Shown here in pieces: positions 17,625-27,600 of a stretch of DNA of 64,000 nucleotides; within the stretch, counting starts at the first letter, position 1; every line of letters begins with the position of its first letter. The notes below the pieces were generated by a model that saw only the letters and a program-made list of their open reading frames with translations, ran no database searches and had not been told where the DNA came from. The translations under genes and the position numbers were made by a program. This DNA comes from a virus (taxonomy: Duplodnaviria; Caudoviricetes): the IMG/VR virus record IMGVR_UViG_3300017780_003662, positions 880 through 64,879 of that record; one strand, 5' to 3'.

Positions 17625-20457
17625 CTGTCATACCCACAGCGTCGCTGTCAAAACAGTAACAGCGTACGGGAGCCGCACTCATGCTGCCTAGTGCCCCGGC
17701 CCCGATGCGCTTGTTGCTCGCCCGGCCGCCCTGCTTGAGCATGCCGTTCTTAGTCATAATCGCTAGGCTCTGCTTCACATCCACCTGCCTCTCGACGAAG
17801 TAGGTGCGGAGCTCGTGCACAGGGATCCAGAGCTCCTTGCTGTCGGGCTCATACCGCATCTTGAGTGAGCCTTTGGGCGCGATGATCGGCGCAGCGGGCA
17901 CGCCGTTTTTGGGGCTATCGATGATGAGAGCGTTCTGCAGGTGCTCGTTGATGTAGCGGCCCAACGTCTCTACTGCGATCTGCGCACTGGACCCGAGGGA
18001 CGATACCCGCGCAGCGCGCAGGCCAAGCACCTCATGCAGCATGTAGCGGTACACGCGGCCGATGTCGATATCGATCAGCCCCAGCTTGCGGGCAAAGTAA
18101 GCGCCGGTGAAGGCACAGGCCAGCAAGCCCGAGTAAAAGCGATCTGACTTATCGAGCTGGAGCTCTTCGTCGATCTTGGCCTGCATCTTGTGCAGGGTGT
18201 CGATCACCAGCTGCTTGTTGTTCAGAACGTAGCTTATGAAGATAGGCCCGGCAATGCCGTAGTTGGTCGAGAGCTTGCGGAATACCTCGTCAGCTTCCTG
18301 CTTGCTGACCTCTGGGACTGCCCCTACGTGCAGGTCTAGCAAGCGTGCTTGCTCCCCGCCAGAGGTCGACTTGATGCTGCTGATGGCGTCCGAGAACACC
18401 GAGTTGCTGGTGGTGACGACAATGCTGCTCCACGTGGTGTTGTTGTTTCGCAGCTTGTTGGCTTGCGAGTCCATCCGGTGCCGGGCCCGACCGCGCGTAA
18501 CGGAGTAGATGAAGTCTGAGAGCTCATCCGGCTTCGTGTTGGTCATCTCGTCGAATGACGGGCTGATGTTGTTCAGCATGCCGATGTGCTGAAACTTGGC
18601 CAGATACGTGTCGTCTGCCGACCCGAGCAAACGGAATGGGTTGCCAAAGATAGAGTCCTTGACCATCACCGCAGTGGTTTTGCCGGTGCCAGACTCGTTG
18701 GACACCAGATTGACCACGGCGCCCTTCACATCGAACCCGCCCAGTAGCGGCATGAGTGGCGAGCCAAAGCCGCAGAACAGCGTGAAGGCGTGCGTCTCCA
18801 TGCCCTTGCGGGAATAGAAGTTGGCGACCTTTTTCCACTCTTCCAGACTGCCAGCTGGCTGGAATGCGGGGGCCATCTGCCGGGTGCTGCTGGCAGGCGG
18901 GGCCAGCTTGGGCCCGCTTTCGGTGTACTCAATCTCGCCCACAACAAACCCTAACTCATCTGGGGTCCACCCCATCTGGTTGCGAGTTTTGTAGGCGCTC
19001 GCGTCTTTCTGCAGCTTGCGGATAGAAGAAGCAAAGTAAGCCATGATGCCGTCCCATTGTTTGCCATACGCCACCACCCCGTGCTTTAGCAGTATGGACT
19101 GCAATTTCTCCTTATTAAGTAGCGAAGTAGCCGGAGCGTAGAACGTGCGCACCCCGTCATTGGGCAAGTGCAGGCACACTCCTAGCAGCTCGCCTTCGCC
19201 ATCGCCGTGATCGTCGGAGTCGTAGAATCGTCCTGTTAGATAGAGATCCTGTGCATAGATTTCTACAGGGTTTTTCTCACCATCCGGCGACTCTTCGTCT
19301 CGGTAGACACCCCCACGTTCCCCCCGGTAATAAGGGAAGGGAAACACAGGGATCGACACCGCCACGGACTGCTGCGTGCCGGAGACCGTAGCAACCGTGT
19401 GCTCTACAACGTACACCTCCGCGCCATCTTCAATGACAGTGGGGGTGGGTTTGATGGTACGCCCGAGCTGGATAGGGCTGGTGATTTTCTGTGGACAACC
19501 TGTGCACAACTCAGGATTATTGTCGCGAAACCACTGGCAGGTGTGCGGCTTTTGCGTAAGCCGCTCGGCCTTGGCCAGCGTGGAGTGATACGAATACTCT
19601 GGGTGGTTCTGAGAGATGTCGTGAATCGCCGTGCGCGCATCTGAGCAGTTCCACGCGATAGACAACACGGCCCGCCACATAGGCTCGGGCACCGCGGCTT
19701 GGTTCTCGTAGGCCCACTTAATCTGCGCGCAGCCGTGCCCTCGAGTACTTTTGTCCAGAACAGTCGCAAACTCGCTCGGAGGCAAGTCGCTGCTATGCGC
19801 GATGTCACGGGTCAGCTCGTTTGTGCCGAACGCCGTAGCGGCCGTTAAGTCCGCCGGCGGCGCAGGTAACAGCGCACACAAGTCCTCGAACCGAGTCGGC
19901 GCGCCAAGCCGGACCAGGCTGGCGAGCGACGGCGAAGGGGTGTTGTAGTTAAGCGTGCCCGGCAGCCGCATAACCCGCGCGGCATCGGCTGACACCTGCG
20001 CGTCTATCTTGAGCCCATGCTCAAAGCAAAAGTGCTTAAACGCTCTGGCATACGGCAGCCAGCGAGCGATGGGCACCTCCTCGGTAAACGCCCAGTACGC
20101 ATGCACCCCGCCACCCGAGGCCACGATTGTGGGTATGGGCAGCTTGGTTTTGGTGACAAACTGCTTTAAGGCTAACCCAGCATCGGCTGCGCTAGCGTAA
20201 GGATGTCCATTTTTGCTGTCCAGGTCAACAAAGAAACATTTGATGGCGCGGGCATTAACGGCTTCACGAGCCTCTGCATTGAACGCCGCGACGGCAACAT
20301 ACACATTCCAGGGCTCCTCATTAAGCCCGGCCGTCAGCTGCGCAATTTCAAGTTTAGATTTACAAAATCGCTGCTCTATAGCTTTTTTGTTTTTGATCCT
20401 CGTAACACAGTAGATGCCTGCAGACGGCAGAATAGCGTCTAAGAAAGCTGTGCTCAC
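17590..20457 (-). CDS. Primase-helicase (AEP-type primase + Cys cluster + DUF927-like P-loop ATPase)
   Basis: FFVDLD, ASGGGVHAYW, ARVMRLPGTLN; CQWF...CTGC; Walker A SNESGTGKTT; FDEMT. Confidence 0.85.
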   Translation of the reverse strand: MSTAFLDAILPSAGIYCVTRIKNKKAIEQRFCKSKLEIAQLTAGLNEEPWNVYVAVAAFNAEAREAVNARAIKCFFVDLDSKNGHPYASAADAGLALKQFVTKTKLPIPTIVASGGGVHAYWAFTEEVPIARWLPYARAFKHFCFEHGLKIDAQVSADAARVMRLPGTLNYNTPSPSLASLVRLGAPTRFEDLCALLPAPPADLTAATAFGTNELTRDIAHSSDLPPSEFATVLDKSTRGHGCAQIKWAYENQAAVPEPMWRAVLSIAWNCSDARTAIHDISQNHPEYSYHSTLAKAERLTQKPHTCQWFRDNNPELCTGCPQKITSPIQLGRTIKPTPTVIEDGAEVYVVEHTVATVSGTQQSVAVSIPVFPFPYYRGERGGVYRDEESPDGEKNPVEIYAQDLYLTGRFYDSDDHGDGEGELLGVCLHLPNDGVRTFYAPATSLLNKEKLQSILLKHGVVAYGKQWDGIMAYFASSIRKLQKDASAYKTRNQMGWTPDELGFVVGEIEYTESGPKLAPPASSTRQMAPAFQPAGSLEEWKKVANFYSRKGMETHAFTLFCGFGSPLMPLLGGFDVKGAVVNLVSNESGTGKTTAVMVKDSIFGNPFRLLGSADDTYLAKFQHIGMLNNISPSFDEMTNTKPDELSDFIYSVTRGRARHRMDSQANKLRNNNTTWSSIVVTTSNSVFSDAISSIKSTSGGEQARLLDLHVGAVPEVSKQEADEVFRKLSTNYGIAGPIFISYVLNNKQLVIDTLHKMQAKIDEELQLDKSDRFYSGLLACAFTGAYFARKLGLIDIDIGRVYRYMLHEVLGLRAARVSSLGSSAQIAVETLGRYINEHLQNALIIDSPKNGVPAAPIIAPKGSLKMRYEPDSKELWIPVHELRTYFVERQVDVKQSLAIMTKNGMLKQGGRASNKRIGAGALGSMSAAPVRCYCFDSDAVGMTDAVSQAPEAAG

Positions 20458-20563
20458 GTAGCCTCACACGGGGGTTGTTGTTATGTGCGGGGAAAAGGTG
20501 AGGCGGCGGCCCCGTGTTCCGCCTCGTCGCTACGGGATCAGCGCAGCCTAGCCTCGGGACAGA

Positions 20564-20806
20564 TTATGCACGTTCAAGTTCAGAAATCAGCTCAAAGATA
20601 CGCTCTAAATGTCTAGAGCGGGGGGTTACTCTACCGCAGAACCACTTGTAGATTGTTATCCGCGATACGCCCAGCCTTGCCGATGCCTCCCACACGGATA
20701 TGTTGTGGGTAATGCACAGCTTAGCCAGGCGCACAGACGGAAGGTCGGGGTTAGCCGCACTGACCTCCCTAATCAGCGACGCGCTGTACCCCCGGCGGTC
20801 ATTCAT
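20564..20806 (-). CDS. Helix-turn-helix DNA-binding protein
   Basis: SVWEASARLGVSRITIYKWFCG. Confidence 0.75.
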   Translation of the reverse strand: MNDRRGYSASLIREVSAANPDLPSVRLAKLCITHNISVWEASARLGVSRITIYKWFCGRVTPRSRHLERIFELISELERA

Positions 20807-21710
20807 CGTCGTCAGAACTCCAGTCGCTCAGAATCGCCGCTACGCTGGGCTTTTCTACTACCGTCTCCGGCGTTGCTACTTTCTTGGCTCTTTTAACAGG
20901 TTCTACTAATTCTTCAGTAGAAGTTGCTATAGCTGCTGCGGGCTTCTCTGTGAAAGCGGCGGGCAGTGCAGGGGCCGCGGCAGCTGGACGATCTGCCTTA
21001 ACAACCAGCTTGAACTCAATAGCGCGGCGGGCATCTTCCGATTGGCCCTGAGCCTTAGCGATCTCCCACTCTTCGCGAGTCAGCGGACGGATGGCCTTAA
21101 AGCGCAGCACAGGCACAGCCTCAGTCGTGTCAAACCGCGCCTCAGTAACCAGACCGTTGATAGGCACGCCGTGGCCAGCGAGGTAGTTGGCGTACGCTTG
21201 CAGGCTCATCTTGCCATCAACCGGCTTGCCGAAGATAGACTTGGCGGGGAGCTGCAGACGGAAAATATCGCCACCGACATCGTTCTCGAGAACCACAGCC
21301 AAGCGGCGGCTGAACCGGCACGCACGCGACTTGCCCTCGCCCGAGCCCTCGATGTTCTGTGGGCAGCTGGCGCAGACAGCACTCTGCCTGCTATCTGCGG
21401 GGACTTCTTCGTTGGGCTTGACGCCATCCGCCGACCAGCAGGTGGGGCCGACATCTTTGCCCTCTTCGTATTTTCCAATGAAGAATGTACGGGAGTTGGT
21501 CTTGGCAGCGGCAACGATAACCATGTTGAGGGCACGATCTTCGTTCTTGGCGATCTCTTCGCCGCCCGACATCATGCGCCACACACCGCCTTTGATAGAG
21601 ATAGATTTAGATGAACTCTGGCCAGCCAAAGATTTCGTTACGTCATCGTCGGGGTTGCGCAGGTAGTCGGGGACTAAAGATCCATTATTAAACAAGGTCA
21701 GATTGCTCAT
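20799..21710 (-). CDS. Putative single-stranded DNA-binding protein
   Basis: Replication-module position; CWSADG..CASC..ACR cysteines; acidic tail WSSDDDE. Confidence 0.62.
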   Translation of the reverse strand: MSNLTLFNNGSLVPDYLRNPDDDVTKSLAGQSSSKSISIKGGVWRMMSGGEEIAKNEDRALNMVIVAAAKTNSRTFFIGKYEEGKDVGPTCWSADGVKPNEEVPADSRQSAVCASCPQNIEGSGEGKSRACRFSRRLAVVLENDVGGDIFRLQLPAKSIFGKPVDGKMSLQAYANYLAGHGVPINGLVTEARFDTTEAVPVLRFKAIRPLTREEWEIAKAQGQSEDARRAIEFKLVVKADRPAAAAPALPAAFTEKPAAAIATSTEELVEPVKRAKKVATPETVVEKPSVAAILSDWSSDDDE

Positions 21711-21719
21711 GGTGCTTCC

Positions 21720-21893
21720 TTACTGATAGTTAGTGACTGGCACGACACACTGATATCCCCGACGCACGCGTGCCAACACGCCGGAGGCTTCTTTGCATTT
21801 CGCTTCTGCAGCATCGACCGCTTCAATAGATTCTTTGCTGTCTACAATCAACGCGCCCATCAGCAACAGCGACGCAAGGGCAACCCATCTCAT
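21720..21893 (-). CDS. Small exported protein (57 aa, signal peptide, two Cys)
   Basis: Hand translation MRWVALASLLLMGALIVDS...KC...YQCVV; ATGA overlap with the upstream gene. Confidence 0.5.
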   Translation of the reverse strand: MRWVALASLLLMGALIVDSKESIEAVDAAEAKCKEASGVLARVRRGYQCVVPVTNYQ

Positions 21894-22276
21894 TTAGCTC
21901 TCCGCACTGTAATGGAGTAGCGAGAATCTACATTCAGTCCTTCAGGAAGCACGCCCGGGTGTGCTTCCATAAACTCTTTAAAGTTGCCTTGGTGTATACG
22001 ACGCTCGAGTAGCTGAGGTAAGTCTCGGTCTCTGATAAAGCGATACATGCTATCCCAATCGTTTGTCCAATAGCGAGTCTTGACTGTTTTCGTAAAACTG
22101 CCGTATGGGGTCTTGCCCCCGTCTTGTCCTGTGGCTTTGCATATCTCGATGAGCTCTTGTTCTATCGCTTCCATCTGGGCAGTAACTGCGGCTATCTTTG
22201 CTTCGTGTTCTCGAACCATTGCATCTTTTGTATCTCGCATCTTTATGTAAACCTGCACAAGCTTCGCGGCGTCCAT
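21890..22276 (-). CDS. Conserved phage replication-module protein (coiled coil + DW..F..FI domain)
   Basis: 128 aa; RYWTNDWDSMYRFI, LLERRIHQGN. Confidence 0.65.
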   Translation of the reverse strand: MDAAKLVQVYIKMRDTKDAMVREHEAKIAAVTAQMEAIEQELIEICKATGQDGGKTPYGSFTKTVKTRYWTNDWDSMYRFIRDRDLPQLLERRIHQGNFKEFMEAHPGVLPEGLNVDSRYSITVRRAK

Positions 22277-22304
22277 AGAAGTTTCCTTAGTCGTTTAAGA
22301 GGTC

Positions 22305-22333
22305 AGATTAAGCGTAGCAGTATACTCTGTCAA
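22305..22333 (-). promoter_or_regulatory. Probable sigma70 promoter
   Basis: TTGACA-17 bp-TAATCT upstream of 22276. Confidence 0.5.
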
Positions 22334-23874
22334 TTTATTTCTTGTTTATACAGCTCAACAAGCGATTGGTGCAAGTCGATCTTGTTCTGAAGCATCGAGT
22401 ACATGCGCTTCTCGACGGGGCTGCCCTGTAAGTGCGTGACGGTTACGTTGCGCGTCTGGCCCTGGCGGTGCGCACGGGCGTTGGCTTGCAGATACATCTC
22501 GGTGGAGGACACGGGCCCCCACCACACAATCTGATCGGCGCGCGTCAGCGTGATGCCGTGCGCCGTAGCCTGCGGCACAAGCAGCAGAACCCGAGGGTTG
22601 TCCTGGGTCTGGAAGCGCTTGATGATCTCAGCCCGGGCGCCCGCAACGATGCCGCCGTGGATGGTGTCCACGGTGTAGTCTTTCAGCTCATCGCGCAGCA
22701 TCTCGATCACGTGCCTGAACGGCACGAACACCAGCGCCTTGCGGTCAGTCTGCTCGATGATGCTGATAAGCTCAGCCACGCGGTTCTTGATGTCGAACTG
22801 CACAACTTCCTTGGCATCAGTGTAAACACACCCTGCGCTGATCTGCAGGAGCTTGTTGAGCATGCCTGCTGCGTTGGCCGCGGTGATCTCCTCGCCCGCT
22901 GCGCGGGTGATCATCTCTTGCTTGATGGCGTTGTAGTACTTTTGCTGCTGCGGTGTAATGGGCACTTCCCGGGTCGCATATAGCAGATCGGGCAGGTCCA
23001 GACACTCTTCTTTTGTGTACCGAATAGCCGGCTGTAACGCGTCATGCACAATAGTCTGCGAGTCATTGCGTGGCACCCATTTGTACTGCGTGATCTTGGT
23101 CATTACCTTGTCCCGCCACGCGCCGAAGAACCGCGGCACACCGTCCGGGTTGACCAGCTTGGCAAGGCCGTAGGCGTCCAGCGGGGACTGAGACGCCGGC
23201 GTGCCGGTCATCATCCACAGCCGGGTATCGGCCCGGACAAGCGAGGCCAGTGCCTTCCAGCGGTCGGTCGATACGCTTTTTACTGCATTGGCTTCGTCGA
23301 CGATGATAAGATCAAACCCGCCAGCCGCGAGTGCAGGAGTGACCACCTTTACGCCGTCGAAATTGATAATGACGAACTCGTAGTTGCCGGCAATCACAGC
23401 TTCGCGCTTTTTTCGGTCGCCTGTGGCGATGCCCACCGTCCGGTGCATCACGGTTTTGAACAAGTCTGACCGCCACGCAGTGTCCATAATCGACACCGGG
23501 CACACCACCAACACCCGCGACACCCGGCCCTGATTCATGAGGTAGTCAGCAGCCCACGCTGCGGCAGAGGTCTTGCCTGTGCCGGGCTCGTTAAAGCAGA
23601 AACACCGTGGGTGCGTGGCCAGGAACGCGGCCGTGGTGCGCTGGTGCTCGAACGGCGTGTACACCCCCGGCCACTCGTAAGTGCCCAGTATGGGATGCGG
23701 CGGGGCTTTGATCTTGAGGTTACGCAGTATCTGCACCTCGTCCGGGCCCCAGTTGACGAGGATTTTAGCGAGCGCGCCCTTGCGCTCGAGAATATGAGAC
23801 TTCGGGATCAGGGCTTTAATCTGATCCGCTTTGCGCGTGACAAACAGCAGCGCGCGGTTCTCCACGATCTGCAT
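22330..23874 (-). CDS. SNF2-like superfamily 2 helicase
   Basis: EPGTGKT, IIVDEA, MMTGTP, HGITLT, QANARAHRQGQ. Confidence 0.9.
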   Translation of the reverse strand: MQIVENRALLFVTRKADQIKALIPKSHILERKGALAKILVNWGPDEVQILRNLKIKAPPHPILGTYEWPGVYTPFEHQRTTAAFLATHPRCFCFNEPGTGKTSAAAWAADYLMNQGRVSRVLVVCPVSIMDTAWRSDLFKTVMHRTVGIATGDRKKREAVIAGNYEFVIINFDGVKVVTPALAAGGFDLIIVDEANAVKSVSTDRWKALASLVRADTRLWMMTGTPASQSPLDAYGLAKLVNPDGVPRFFGAWRDKVMTKITQYKWVPRNDSQTIVHDALQPAIRYTKEECLDLPDLLYATREVPITPQQQKYYNAIKQEMITRAAGEEITAANAAGMLNKLLQISAGCVYTDAKEVVQFDIKNRVAELISIIEQTDRKALVFVPFRHVIEMLRDELKDYTVDTIHGGIVAGARAEIIKRFQTQDNPRVLLLVPQATAHGITLTRADQIVWWGPVSSTEMYLQANARAHRQGQTRNVTVTHLQGSPVEKRMYSMLQNKIDLHQSLVELYKQEIN

Positions 23875-23899
23875 GCAACTTCCCTAATTGTGACCGACG

Positions 23900-24157
23900 T
23901 TATTTAACTTTGTTCGTACGGGTACGTGCAAAGCTGCGATTTTTCGACTTGGGCACAGCCCGTAGATTGCTGAGTTTGCTAGTGCCGCCCTTGCTCAAGG
24001 GCTTCACGTGATCGACATCCATACTGTCCGGCAACGTACCATGCGCCTTCTCGTACGCGCGGCGAGCCTTGTGCCGCTCGGATTGCTTCTTAAGCTGCTC
24101 CGGCGTGCCCTGGTAGAGCTGGTACTCGCGCTTGTAGTTGCGTGGTTTTGTAGCCAT
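23900..24157 (-). CDS. HNH endonuclease (small)
   Basis: DVDHVKPLSKGG...NLRAVPKSKNRS. Confidence 0.8.
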   Translation of the reverse strand: MATKPRNYKREYQLYQGTPEQLKKQSERHKARRAYEKAHGTLPDSMDVDHVKPLSKGGTSKLSNLRAVPKSKNRSFARTRTNKVK

Positions 24158-24291
24158 CACGGCTCCAGTGTGTTGGTCCCCCAGAACGCTGGGGGCCGGA
24201 TGTATCAACAGGGGGAGACGTCTGTTTGCGAGACTGGCCTGCCTACATCTGCCGCTGTTTTACCCCACCTGCGGCTGGGGGCCACTAACAC

Positions 24292-24948
24292 TTATCGGTG
24301 TTCGCACCCTTCATGAGTCACCGGACAGAAACGACATAAGGGAGAAGGCTTGGCACCCCACGCTTCGTTCGTTACCGCTGACTCAATCATGCTAGCGCGT
24401 CCGGCCCACTTTGACCAGATGGTAGGCAACATATCACGCGAAAATTCTGTCTTTACTACATCCCGCGCCACAACAAATAACAGCAGTCCGGAGACGCGCG
24501 TTATCTCAGGGTAGTGCGCCATCACCATAGCCGCCATGAGCTCGAGCTGGTCGGGATCTGCAAACCGAGCAGACTTGCCGGTTTTGTAATCCGCGACTCT
24601 TGCACGACTCTTGTGGAGCGCCAAGAAGTCAGGCACGCCCCGAAACCATACGTCGGCATCAAAGAAATCGCATGGGCTGAAGTCCTTGCGGATGCCAAGT
24701 TTTTGCTCGCACAGCAGCGTGCCCTTAATAGACTTAAGCGGCGCGACGTACGGCTCGAACGCTTGGAACTGCTCGGGCAGGGGCTTGCCGTCCCGGATGT
24801 ATTCTTCGAAAGCTTTGTGCACGGCTGTGCCGTACAGCGTGGCCTCGGTGTCTTGAGATTTAAACTTCTTGAGGATGCGCACCTCGTGATAACGCCGCGG
24901 GCACCCCTCGAAATCTTTAACTGCTGAGTAAGAATGAGCGAGCTTCAT
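24292..24948 (-). CDS. PD-(D/E)XK exonuclease (RecB/Cas4-like)
   Basis: HSYS...CPRRY, GTAVH, PDF..., DYKTGK, QLELMA, C..CP...C. Confidence 0.85.
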   Translation of the reverse strand: MKLAHSYSAVKDFEGCPRRYHEVRILKKFKSQDTEATLYGTAVHKAFEEYIRDGKPLPEQFQAFEPYVAPLKSIKGTLLCEQKLGIRKDFSPCDFFDADVWFRGVPDFLALHKSRARVADYKTGKSARFADPDQLELMAAMVMAHYPEITRVSGLLLFVVARDVVKTEFSRDMLPTIWSKWAGRASMIESAVTNEAWGAKPSPLCRFCPVTHEGCEHR

Positions 24949-24979
24949 GTGGGTTCCTTAGTATGGAGCCCAGTTTAAC

Positions 24980-26857
24980 CTAACAATCCCCGTAAGACCC
25001 ACCATAACCCGCTTCGCATGACAGCGGCAACCCGACTGCCCACTTCGGGTTCCACGACATAGACTCGATGACATACGCCATCGCTTGCTCAGCCTCGGCC
25101 TCCGGGGCCACACACGCTACGGAGTCATGTACAGTCAACACCGTTGGATAGCGCCGGTTGATACGCAGCATCTGCTCAGCCACGATACACCGGGCGACAG
25201 CCTGGCAAAAATTCTCAACACACAGGCCGCCGTACACGCGGGACGGCAGCCCCTTGGAGGTGTAGCGCCACTCGGGCTTGCCCTCGTCGTTGTACTCGCG
25301 CCGCAGCTCAGAGTACTGTAGGTGCAGGCCGTTAGGCAGGGTGAGCCCCCGGCCCGGCACAACACGCACAAGCCCCGGCACATCGACGACCATCTCTTGC
25401 CCCGCATACAGCGCCTCGATAGCCCGGCTGGCAGAGTCCCAGAGGTACGGGATGCGGGCGTAGGTTGTGCGGTATGCGTTGATGATGCGCTTGGCCTCGG
25501 CCTCAGATACCTCGACACCGGCCATGGACTTGAGAAACGCTTTAAGCTTGCCGTGGCCAACGCCGTAGCCTGCCCCCAGAACTACTACTTTACCTACTTG
25601 ACGCTGAGCCTTGTCGATCTGGTCGGCGGCCACGCCATAGATGTGGCTGGCCATGATCTTGTACACGTCCTGCTTGTCTCGGAAAGCTTGCACGAGATCG
25701 TCCTGGCCGGCGAGCCACGCCAGGGTGCGGGCCTCGATCTGGGCGGAGTCGCAGTCGATCACGATGTGGCCAGGGGGCGCCTTGATAGCACGCTTGAGTG
25801 CCTTGGCGTACGGCCCGCGGGAGGGCAGGTTCTGCAGGTTCACCGAGTCCTGCCCGCTGAACCGGCCAGTGTGGGCGCCGTAGTACCGCAGGGGCACAGG
25901 GAACGCGCCGCGTGTGGCCATGCCGATGAACCGCTCGGTGCGAGTCTCCTCGAGCGTGGTCTTGTTGCCAAGGCGCGCGGCGACCAGTGCCTGCACGCGC
26001 ACGTCGGGGTGTTCCTCAAGAGCCTTGAAGCCCTCATCAGTCTTGGCAAAGGCATACGCTTGCTTGCCGGTGGTGGGGCTGACCTTCATGGGAGGCTCGA
26101 CGCCCAGCTCGCGCAGCAGGGTGGCGAACTTGTCGTTAGACATGAGGAGCTTCTTGATGTCGGCGGAGCAGATAAGCGCAGCGTTGTCGGGGTCTGCCAT
26201 GACAAGCTGATCGCGCACGGCATCGAGCAGCTGCTGTTTGTGCTCACGCACTGCCTGGAGGTGCCGCACCAGCAGATCACTGTCGAGCACCAACCGCGGC
26301 TCGACGAACATACGCAGGGTGAGGTCGATAAGCTTGAGCTCCTGCTTAGGGAAGCCCATGCCCAGATAGCGCATGAACAGCGTGTAGGTGAGCTCGACGT
26401 CGTTGATGCAGTACTCGGCGTACCGCGCGAGCTCATCAGCCGAGAAATCGTCATAGTGCTTGCCCAGCGCGTTAAGCACTTCAGTGCCCTTGGCCCCGAT
26501 GCCGTAGCGCGTAGCTTGTGCCGACAGGCTGTGCGACTTCTCGTGCGGGGCGAGCGCGCGGGACATGCCTAGCGTGTCCGCCCAGGCCAGCGGCCGCACG
26601 CCGTAGTGCCACGCCAGTATGGCAGCATCGAACGCGGTGTTCTGGCACACCACGATCTTGTCCGACCAGTCTATGTTGGCCAGCGCCGCGGCTACCTCGG
26701 GCTTGGGGTACCACTGGGTCACAGCGTCATTAAGCTTGATGGCTATACCGATGACTTCGAACCGAGGGTCGCGCACGTACGCTTCGGTCGTAAGCTTGGT
26801 TAAGCTGAACTCCCGGTCATAATAAGACTCTAGGTCAAGCGTCAGGATCTTCGGCAT
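24980..26857 (-). CDS. polA: DNA polymerase, family A, with 3'-5' exonuclease
   Basis: TLDLES, QNTAFD, DSAQIEARTLAW (motif A), RQVGKVVVLGAGYG (motif B), TVHDS (motif C). Confidence 0.95.
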   Translation of the reverse strand: MPKILTLDLESYYDREFSLTKLTTEAYVRDPRFEVIGIAIKLNDAVTQWYPKPEVAAALANIDWSDKIVVCQNTAFDAAILAWHYGVRPLAWADTLGMSRALAPHEKSHSLSAQATRYGIGAKGTEVLNALGKHYDDFSADELARYAEYCINDVELTYTLFMRYLGMGFPKQELKLIDLTLRMFVEPRLVLDSDLLVRHLQAVREHKQQLLDAVRDQLVMADPDNAALICSADIKKLLMSNDKFATLLRELGVEPPMKVSPTTGKQAYAFAKTDEGFKALEEHPDVRVQALVAARLGNKTTLEETRTERFIGMATRGAFPVPLRYYGAHTGRFSGQDSVNLQNLPSRGPYAKALKRAIKAPPGHIVIDCDSAQIEARTLAWLAGQDDLVQAFRDKQDVYKIMASHIYGVAADQIDKAQRQVGKVVVLGAGYGVGHGKLKAFLKSMAGVEVSEAEAKRIINAYRTTYARIPYLWDSASRAIEALYAGQEMVVDVPGLVRVVPGRGLTLPNGLHLQYSELRREYNDEGKPEWRYTSKGLPSRVYGGLCVENFCQAVARCIVAEQMLRINRRYPTVLTVHDSVACVAPEAEAEQAMAYVIESMSWNPKWAVGLPLSCEAGYGGSYGDC

Positions 26858-26871
26858 TTTGGTTTCTAACG

Positions 26872-27219
26872 TTAGAAGTCGTCGGGGGTATCGGCATCAG
26901 CCAGCGGGCGCCCAAACTCTCGCCAGTTCGACTGGACAGTGTCTAAATTGTCCAGCAAGTCTAAATTAGACTCGTTGATGACAAGTGCCAGCCCGCCGGC
27001 AACCTCGATCTTCTCAAGGTTGCGCAGCTGGAGCTGAGTGGGTTTGTTCTTGCCCGCCTTGCACTCTATCCCAACAAACCGGCTGCGGTAGCAGGCCAGA
27101 ATGTCAGGAGTGCCGTTATTAGCAAACTGGCCGCCAATGTAATTGACCGCATACGCGTTGGCTTTCTTGAGTTTGGCATGGACTTTAGCCTTGACCTTAC
27201 TCTCTGGCGTGGTTGCCAT
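26872..27219 (-). CDS. VRR-NUC family nuclease (Holliday-junction resolvase-like)
   Basis: ESKVK, GTPDILAC, IECKAGKNKPTQLQ. Confidence 0.85.
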   Translation of the reverse strand: MATTPESKVKAKVHAKLKKANAYAVNYIGGQFANNGTPDILACYRSRFVGIECKAGKNKPTQLQLRNLEKIEVAGGLALVINESNLDLLDNLDTVQSNWREFGRPLADADTPDDF

Positions 27220-27583
27220 TCTCGATCTCGATTAGTTTGTCCAGATAGTGCCGGGCTTTCTCCAGGTCCTGCACCCCGCCCTTCTCACGAAAGCGCATGA
27301 TGTACGCCAGCGCGCTACCATCAAAGAACCCCATGCCGTTACGCTCGATGATCTCCCAGGGCTGGATGGCAAGCCGCGTGTAGTGATCTCCGCCAACCTG
27401 CCGGGTGTCGACTGAAGGTAGTGTGGGTGCGGGTGTGGGCGCGTCCGGCACCGTGTCTTGCGCCAGCGCGCGCTTCGCGGCGTAGACCGTTACTCGCGAT
27501 ATCTTAAGCTTCTGTGCCAGCTTGGCCACGGACAAGTCGGGGTTCTTTTCTAGCGCTTGTCTGACGCGGTCTTTAGCATTCAT
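27197..27583 (-). CDS. HTH fused to a DUF3310-like domain
   Basis: LSVAKLAQKLKISRVTVY; RQVGGDHY...IQPW...GSALAYIMR...DLEKARHYLDKLIE. Confidence 0.72.
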   Translation of the reverse strand: MNAKDRVRQALEKNPDLSVAKLAQKLKISRVTVYAAKRALAQDTVPDAPTPAPTLPSVDTRQVGGDHYTRLAIQPWEIIERNGMGFFDGSALAYIMRFREKGGVQDLEKARHYLDKLIEIENGNHARE

Positions 27584-27600
27584 GTACTACTCCTGTAACG

